Source: Podarcis erhardii
Lineage: Eukaryota
Length of the DNA stretch: 64,000 bases
NCBI GenBank assembly: GCA_964252035.1
Contig: OZ176205.1
Strand: one strand, 5' to 3'
Part shown: positions 56,765 to 64,000 of the stretch, piece after piece
Layout: every line of letters starts with the position of its first letter
Position numbering within the stretch: the stretch's first letter is position 1
Translations under genes and position numbers: made by a program
The notes under the pieces: generated by a model
Database searches by the model: none
What the model was told of the DNA's origin: nothing
Seen by the model: the letters and a program-made list of their open reading frames with translations, nothing else

Positions 56765-56881
56765 TAGCCCCACCGAAGCGGGGCCTCAAAAAATTAGTTG
56801 TAAACTCATAACTGTTCCTCTCCACGGAAATCTTTAGTAAAAGGCGAAAGATTTATACGATCTGAAGAGAAACCAGAGTAT
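56765..56881 (-). ncRNA. RNU5: U5 spliceosomal snRNA
   Basis: Reverse complement ATACTCTGGTTTCTCTTCAGATCGTATAAATCTTTCGCCTTTTACTAAAGATTTCCGTGGAGAGGAAC...AATTTTTTGAGGCCCCGCTTCGGTGGGGCTA; invariant loop 1 GCCTTTTAC, Sm site AATTTTTTG and 3' stem-loop are all intact. Confidence 0.97.
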
Positions 56882-56918
56882 AAACTTAAGCACCGTGGTA
56901 GATTTGCTGGAGTAACCA

Positions 56919-56937
56919 CGCCTGCTTCTTAGGTGAC
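56919..56937 (-). promoter_or_regulatory. U5 proximal sequence element (PSE)
   Basis: GTCACCTAAGAAGCAGGCG(TG) with TCACC at -55; the 3' half diverges from the human consensus. Confidence 0.6.
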
Positions 56938-57080
56938 AGCAACTCCTTTAAACCAAGAGTTAAAATCTTGCTTTTCAACAATGAGTTATATTCCGGAATT
57001 TCTATTTGCTTTTAGAACCAGCACATGTAATATTTCACAACAGAAATAAACAGAAAATACAGATAAAAGAATTAATTCAG

Positions 57081-57149
57081 CGCACTGCATTATGGTTGTG
57101 ACTAAATGCAAAATAAGCTCACAAACTCTTCCTGCTTTACGCCCCGCCC
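57081..57149 (-). promoter_or_regulatory. U5 distal sequence element (SPH/ZNF143 site, octamer-like site, GC box)
   Basis: caaccataatgcagtgcg (minus, -200 to -217), ATGCAAAA (57106-57113, one mismatch to ATGCAAAT) and gccccgccc (57141-57149). Confidence 0.65.
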
Positions 57150-57514
57150 TCACCCAAACCGTCAGCAGCGGCTGGATGCCCATCTCTGTCAGTGGCTTCC
57201 CTTGCTGCTACAGACTTGTTGGGTCTTGTTCACAATGGTGGTTCAATTTTCTACATACAGTACTTGGAAAAATGATACCACTGGATAATTACGTAGTGAG
57301 CAATGTAACTAACACGCAGGAAGTAGCAAGGCCCCATAAAAATCTACACTTGGCTATGACAACACACTAATGATTAGTTTCTTTTCAATCTATCATCTCC
57401 AAGGAAGAAAAAAAATGCCCTTTTTCAAAAAGAGGATTTCATACTAAAAATATATTTGCCAACAAATTTTCTTTTCAAATTCTAGTCTCAAACTCAGCAA
57501 TAACAAAGTTGCCA

Positions 57515-57766
57515 ACCTGAACCAATGGATTGAAGTTACATGAAAGCAGATTCTGACTAAACATCAAGAAGCATTTTGACAGTAAGAGCTGTTTGACAGT
57601 GGAACAGACTCCCTGAGAAGGTTGTGGACTGTCCTTCACTGGAGGTTTATATCACTGGCTGGCCACCTGTTGTGGATGCTTTAGTTGAGATTCCTGCATT
57701 GCAGGGGGTTGGACTAGATAGCCCTTGGGGGTTCTTTCCAATTCTACAATTTCTATGATTTTATGA
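57515..57766 (+). mobile_element. CR1 LINE 3' end
   Basis: gttggactagatagcccttgggggttctttccaattctacaatttctatgattttatgat is a CR1 3' hairpin with ATTCTRTG-like terminal repeats. Confidence 0.8.
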
Positions 57767-57789
57767 TACCAGTACTTGGTGTCTGTTTC

Positions 57790-58160
57790 TGCACTTTCTT
57801 TTAGGGTTATCACACTCCCCATAAATACATTTTCCCTGTGCTGGTGGCCATCAATGCGTCCTGTGGGAGCAAGTTCCTTAGTTTAAATATGTGCTGCATA
57901 TTTAAACTACTTTTATCTGTTCCAAATCTTCCAACATTCAGCTTCATTGGATGTCCTTGAGTTCTAGCATTATGAGAGAGGAAGAAAATCTTTATCCTTT
58001 TTCTCCATACCATGCATAATTTTATAATCTTTTATTATGTCACCACTTACTCACCTTTTCTTTAAACTAAGAAGTCCCAAATGCTGTGCCACCTTTCTTC
58101 CCAGGTGAGTTGCTCCATCCCATTTATCATTTAGGTTGCCCCTTTCTGAACCTTTTCCAA
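57790..58160 (-). mobile_element. CR1 LINE RT C-terminal fragment
   Basis: Minus-strand remnants LEKVQKGAT, FFLSHNARTQGHPMKLNVGRFGTDK and LRNLLPQD. Confidence 0.75.
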
Positions 58161-58915
58161 GTCAAAGGCGCACAAATGTGCGCGTGGAAACAGACACATG
58201 TATGCACGAATGCCGGAGTGTAGGGACAGCCTTTATTGCCCTGCATATAAACAACAGAAGAAGAAGAATGGAATTGCTTTAAGAACATACACTCTCCTTA
58301 ACTGTCCCTCCCCTCTAGTGACTGATGCAGGGAGGTGGCTGACACCCCAACCAGGTATTATAGACTCAGCTCCTTCTTGGATTCTCAGATTGCACTTAGA
58401 GTTTCCCAGTAACAGCTCTTACTGATTTGGTTATTGCATTTACTTTAGGCCTTTTTATTATTACACCTTTTCATGTCGTAAACTTTTTTCCACTTTGTAC
58501 ATATGGTTAGGAATGGACTATATGTACATAAACATTTTTATTGAAGTGCTTGTGGATTAGGCTTGCAGTAGCACACAATCCAGGCCAGATATTACAGAGT
58601 GCTATCACAGAAAGGGCCCTGTCAGAAATATCAAAAGCAAATAGAGACCAGGTGCACACACAGATCTCCTCTCCTTAACAGATCTTAGGTAACAGCAAAC
58701 ATAAACAGTAGCTACTGCCATGGTGATTATTCCAATCACTCTGGGCTACTTTGCTGCATCATTTTGGCTGGCTAGGCACCACCTGCCAGTTACCAGCATA
58801 GCAACTATAGAAACTCCATATGCTGTTGTAGTCCTTTCCTGCAAGGGAGAACAAGTGCCCAGTGCCTTCCAAATAAACACCACCCTTTGTGGAACAGCAG
58901 CAGCAGGCACTCCTC

Positions 58916-61900
58916 ATGATGACGGATCTGGTGGCTTTCCACTGTGCCAACTGCGGGATGGGGTTCCGCTCCAGGCGGCTGCTAGAAAAGCACATGGAAA
59001 AATTCTGCATTGGAGAGGAGACTGCATCTGATGCCAGATACCGAAACAGGCAAGCCCTCCGTAAGGGGAAAGAACCTAAGAAAGCAGAGACTCCGGACAG
59101 CATGGTAAAGACCTGGCAATGTTTGTTAGACTTTCCCCCAATATTTTGGGACCTACTAGCTTGTGTGCTGGAGGGGGAAAGTTATGTGCTGCAATTTTGC
59201 TGACTGCATTGGCGTATAAGGCTTTTCCAGTCATACCAAAAAGCCATCAATATTTTAAACTTTTTCCTGTGTATGTACACATACAGCAGAAGGAGGAGGA
59301 AGGTATGCCTAGATTTTTCCCCCACCCCAGTTTCGAGGTGTTTCATGAACTGAGAGGGTTTTGAAGCCTTCTGTTTAGATATTTTAGCTTCCATGAATTT
59401 GCATTTGAGTAACAATATATTTTCCTGACACCCCCTTCCATTTATTGGCTTTCTTTTCTGGGTGGTGGTTTCTTCTATGGCACAGCATCATCAGCTACAA
59501 GCACCAAAAACAAAGAAGCATCACTTGGATGGGGAATATGAGGAACAAGCACACCACTCCAGAAGCTTTGATCATAAAGGAAGTGTTTCAGACAGCCAGG
59601 CCTTGAAGAAACTGACTGAAGAGGTACTGCAGAAAAGAAGAGAGGAGCGCAGATCTTTGCTCCATCATAGATTCTCTGTTTACAGTACTTCCATTCTAAA
59701 CTACTTTACTTAGTACTTAATTAATTCAAACACTTAGGTTATTTCCCCTCATCTCTGATGCCTTTTTATTTTTTGTCACCACAGATGAAAAATTGAGCTG
59801 ATGAAACAAAGGGCTCATCATCTGAGTACAGCACCACAAGTCTAGCTTTCATTTTTTTTTTATTTATGATATTTATTAAGGCTTTTTTTAATACAATACA
59901 TAAAAATAAAACAGTATAACATATATCTCAACATAGTTTCACCACTTCTTTGGACTTCCTCTCATCTCCCGCTCCTACCTTCATTCCAATAAAATTTTGC
60001 CAGCAATTTATCGTCCTAATTCCACTCTTATTATCTAACTTTCTAATCTCCAACACCCTATGACCAAATCTTAGTAGATTAAATATAATCTAATAATTGT
60101 TCAAAAAAAATTTTAAATTCTTAAGTAGCTTATCCTCATAACTCCATTCTAGTTTAGTGGTGCCAAGTTATTTATGATCCAGCATCCTTCTTAACATTCA
60201 ACCAAATTACAATGTTTTTGCAAATAAGTCTTAAATTTCTTCCAGTCTTCTTCCATCCTCTCCTCTCCCAGGTCTCGGATTCTGCCAGTCATCTCGGCTA
60301 GTTCCATCAGTTGCGTCTGCCATTCTTCCAGTGTGGGTAGATCTTGGGTTTTCCAATATTTAGTGATGAGTATCCTTGCTGCCGTTGTTGCATACAGAAA
60401 AAAAGTTCGGTCCTTCTTTGTCACCCTCTGACCGACAATGCCCAAAAGGAAGGCCTCTGGTTTCTTAAGGAAGGTATACTTAAATACCTTTTTCAGCTCA
60501 TTATATATCATTTCCCAAAAGGCCTTCACTTTAGGACAGGTCCACCAGAGGTGAAAGAATGTTCCTTCATTCTCTTTGCATTTCCAACATTTATTATCAG
60601 ACACATGGTATATTTTTGCAAGTTTGACTGGGGTCATGTACCATCTATACATCATTTTCATAACATTTTCTTTCAAAGCATTACATGCAGTGAAATTCAA
60701 CCCAGTGGTCCACAACCTTTCCCAGTCCTCGAACATAATATTATGCCCAATATCCTGTGCCCATTTTATCATAGCCGATTTGACCGTTTCATCTTGTGTG
60801 TTCCATTTTAACAGCAAGTTATACATTCTTGAGAGTACCTTAGTCCTAGGTTCTAACAGTTCTGTTTCCAACTTCGATTTCTCCACCTGGAACCCTAACT
60901 TTTTGTCATTTTTAAAAACTTCTTTAATCTGAGCGTAATGTAACCAGTCTCGAACTTTATCCTTCATTTTCTCCAAACTCTGCAATTTCCAATTGTCTCC
61001 ATCTTTTTCTAATATCTCCCAATATTTTGGCCATTTGGCCTCCATATTGAGTCTTTTTCGGGCCTTAGCTTCCAAAGGTGAGAGCCACCTTGGAGTTTTA
61101 TTTTCCAATAAGTCTTTATATTTTGTCCAGACATTAAACACTGCTTTTCTGACAATATGGTTCTTAAAGGCCTTATTGATCTTAACCTTGTCATACCATA
61201 AATATGCATGCCAACCAAAAGCATTGTTAAAACCTTCCAAATCCAATACGTCAGTGTCTTCGAGAAGTAGCCAGTCTTTTAGCCAGCAGAAAGCTGCTGA
61301 CTCATAATACAACCTTAAGTCTGGCAGGGCAAAGCCCCCTCTTTCTTTCGCATCAGTTAATATCTTAAACTTAATTCTGGGCTTTTTGCCCTGCCAGACA
61401 AACTTGGAAATGTCTCTCTGCCACTTCCGGAAGCACTCTGTTTTGTCCACAATCTGTAGTGTTTGAAACAAAAACAGCATTTTTGGCAATACATTCATCT
61501 TGATAGCAGCAATTCGGCCTAACAAAGAAAGTTTCAATTTTGTCCAGCTATCTAAGTCTTTCTTAATTTCTGACCAGCATTTTTCATAATTATCCTTAAA
61601 TAGACTCAGATTTTTTGCTGTTATGTTTACCCCTAGGTACTTTACTTTTTTAACCACATTTAGTTCTGTCTCTCTCTGAAACCGTTCTGACTCTGTATCT
61701 GTCAAATTTTTTTCCAATACCTTAGTTTTCTGTTTGTTTAATTTAAATCCCGCCACCCGACCAACACAAGTCTAGCTTTCAGCTTATGCACTTCTTACAA
61801 GCATTTCAGAAAGCTCCCTCACCCCAACATTTCAGTTGAGCTAAGGGGCAATAAGCTGCTGTCTCCTGCTAGACGTGTTTTTTGAGCATTTGACAAACTT

Positions 61901-63395
61901 ACCATTAGGCTTAGAAAGGTCAACTAGTAACATTGGCATGGAAAAGGTTGTATGAAACATTGGCCTATAGATTCAGAGAATTTGGCCACTAGTGTTGATT
62001 TTCTCGAGTTCCATCTGAAATTGTATTAGCGTTGCGTTCACCAACAGTAAAAAAGAATGGAAGAGAGCCAGCTCTTTTCTCTATATGATGCGCCAACAGC
62101 AAGATTGCCAATGGAAATGCAGGCCTCTTTGGACAGCTGTAAGAAATTCAGTAGGTGAAACCTTTCCTGTCACTGAGACAGAGTGATGGAAAAGCTTCAC
62201 TTGTATCATTTCTGCTTAACACACAGCAGAAGACACAATAGTCCTGCCAAAAAATAAGCTGGCAACCTTAAATAAAACAATAAACAAACCCTAATTAGCA
62301 CCCATAACTTGAATAAGTTGTTTCAAGCTCTTTTAAATATTGTGTTGTAGCTGTTGTAACCCACCTTGGAACCTTGGGGTGAAGGGTGGGTAATAAGTTG
62401 TAGTAGTAATTATAATAATAATCACTAAATCACTAAAGGAATTCTTCCCTTTCACAGTTCCACAAACTGAGGATGTCACTGGAAGACACTCTTCCTACAT
62501 TCAGGACATTCCAGGCAGAGGTAAAACAGTGATTAAAGACTTCTAAAAAAATGTTGCAGGCTTCTAGCAATTTTAATTCTGGATTGCAGTGGAGTGCTTA
62601 AAATTGCCAGAATTGTGTGAGGAACAACTTTACAGAAACTCATTGCCATGGGGAGCTCCTTCCTGTGCTGTTCCATTTTCAGACCAGAAAGTGCAGATCA
62701 TAGCTCAGAACAGGGGGAGCAACACTAAAAGCTCTGCTCTGAGTTAATGTGGAACAGACCTGAGATCTTTGGAATTCGCAGGATAAACTCTCCCACTGAT
62801 CACAGTGATCTAAGGAATATGGTGGTCTTCCCAGTAACCTGTCCTGGTAACAGATTAGTAGCCAATGCAAATCCTACAAGCAGGGTGTTATATGCTAGTG
62901 GTAGTTGTTCATGAGATAAATATTTGAAATCCATTCCAATATGATATTATTTTTGTAATGGCTGTGTCCTGTCTTTCCTTACAAGGAATTTAGAGAACAG
63001 CTTTAAGCTTTACCACTTAGGAAGTAGGCTAGTCTGATAGAGAGTGTGATTTACCCAAAGCTGAATGGAGATTTGAATCTGGGTTTCTCACATCTAAGCC
63101 CAGCACTCTGCCACTAAATCATGCAGGCTTTCAGTAGAGGGCATGCCGAGATCACTTCTTCTGGAATTTACAATTAATTCACCACAACATACCATTTCTC
63201 ATGGGCATTTAGCTCTGAAGCATTGCATCACTGGCATATCAAACATATCAAACTTGTCATCTTTCCTTGACTCCTAGGAGAACGACAGACACCAGTGGGA
63301 ATACTGGAAGCGCCAACAGCAAATGGCAGAAGAACATGAGCGCCATTTGGCAGATATCCAGGCCAGAAACCAGTACCTGGAGCAGCAGAAGGATG
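58916..63395 (+). CDS. CCDC17: Coiled-coil domain containing 17, 5' part only. Coding exons in window: 58916-59104, 59486-59623, 62458-62520, 63278-63395; continues beyond the window
   Basis: MMTDLVAFHCANCGMGFRSRRLLEKHMEKFCIG resembles recalled human CCDC17 ([25 protein letters not shown]); ALKKLTEE|FHKLRMSL resembles ALKRLTEEVQWLRLSL; GT-AG exons stay in frame (189, 138, 63, 118 nt). Confidence 0.82.
59852..61764 (-). mobile_element. Young 5'-truncated L1-clade LINE with an open ORF2 3' end (60191-61756, 521 codons), 3' UTR and poly(A)
   Basis: 17-bp TSD cacaagtctagctttca at 59835-59851 and 61765-61781; poly(T) on the plus strand from 59852; protein motifs KYLGVNI, LSLLGRIAAIKMNVLPK, GGFALPDL, CWKCKENEGTFFHLWWTC. 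Confidence 0.95.
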
Positions 63396-64000
63396 GTAAG
63401 AGAATGAGAGTACCTACTAGATTACTGCCTTCTTGCTTCAGGTAAAGGGAATGACCTGGAGTTCAAAACAATAAAGGATGCGCAAATAGCCACCACTATC
63501 CAGCAAATGGCCAGGCCTGATACACAAGGCTCATGATACCACAAGTTCTGCAGAAGGGAAGGAGGCAGTTAGACCCATCCACAAATACTACCGACAGCTA
63601 ATTTTGTACTTGAGAGCTTTCTTGTCTACTTACGTATATTTGGAGGATGCATAGGCCAAGTCCTCAGAAACAGCAGATGACATGGTAAACCTGTGTCCGG
63701 ACTGTTCCACTTCAGACTGTGCATGAAGATTTTCATGACTGAATTCTCCTCTATACAAAACAACAACACAAAACCCATTTTGCATATAGAAGACTATCAT
63801 TTCAGGGAATATATTTATACCCTAGCCTTCTCCCTGATATGCAAGTTTTCTATATGTAAGATTTTTCTTTTCTTTTCAGAGTGGGGTGGGGGGGGTAGGG
63901 TATTAAGTACCGGTAATAAGCACACATCTGCAATCTTATGTACATATAAAGTGCAGGTTTGCTTTCCTTATCAGGTGTTTCTGAGAACTAGGACAAAGGA

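Noticed and set aside
59790-59825. CTGATGAAAC as a second hammerhead core
   Set aside because: No stem II/GAAA arrangement or stem I pairing.
60344-61307. Plus-strand ORFs of 104-155 aa
   Set aside because: Antisense shadows of the L1 ORF2.

Overview
Eukaryotic genomic DNA from a squamate reptile. The MITE and LINE families look lacertid-lizard-like, which is an inference. I assembled four spliced genes by hand from splice signals and remembered human homologues: TMEM53 (-, 3 coding exons, 277 aa), ARMH1/C1orf228 (+, 11 coding exons, 435 aa, head-to-head with TMEM53 at a CpG island), KIF2C/MCAK (-, 21 exons, 720 aa) and the first four coding exons of CCDC17 (+, runs off the window). A complete U5 snRNA gene with PSE, DSE and 3' box lies about 0.95 kb upstream of the KIF2C ATG on the same strand. 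Repeats include Tc1/mariner- and hAT-type MITEs, CR1, L2 and L1-clade LINEs. Best leads: (1) a TSD-flanked Penelope-type insertion forming a perfect 89-bp inverted repeat and carrying a complete minimal hammerhead ribozyme core; (2) a probable U12-type intron plus a GC-AG intron in ARMH1; (3) a young L1-clade insertion with a 17-bp TSD and an open 521-codon ORF2 end; (4) hAT MITEs carrying paired ZNF143-like motifs; (5) a CCHC zinc finger at the CCDC17 N-terminus; (6) gene order differing from human. No database searches were run; gene and repeat family names come from recall.
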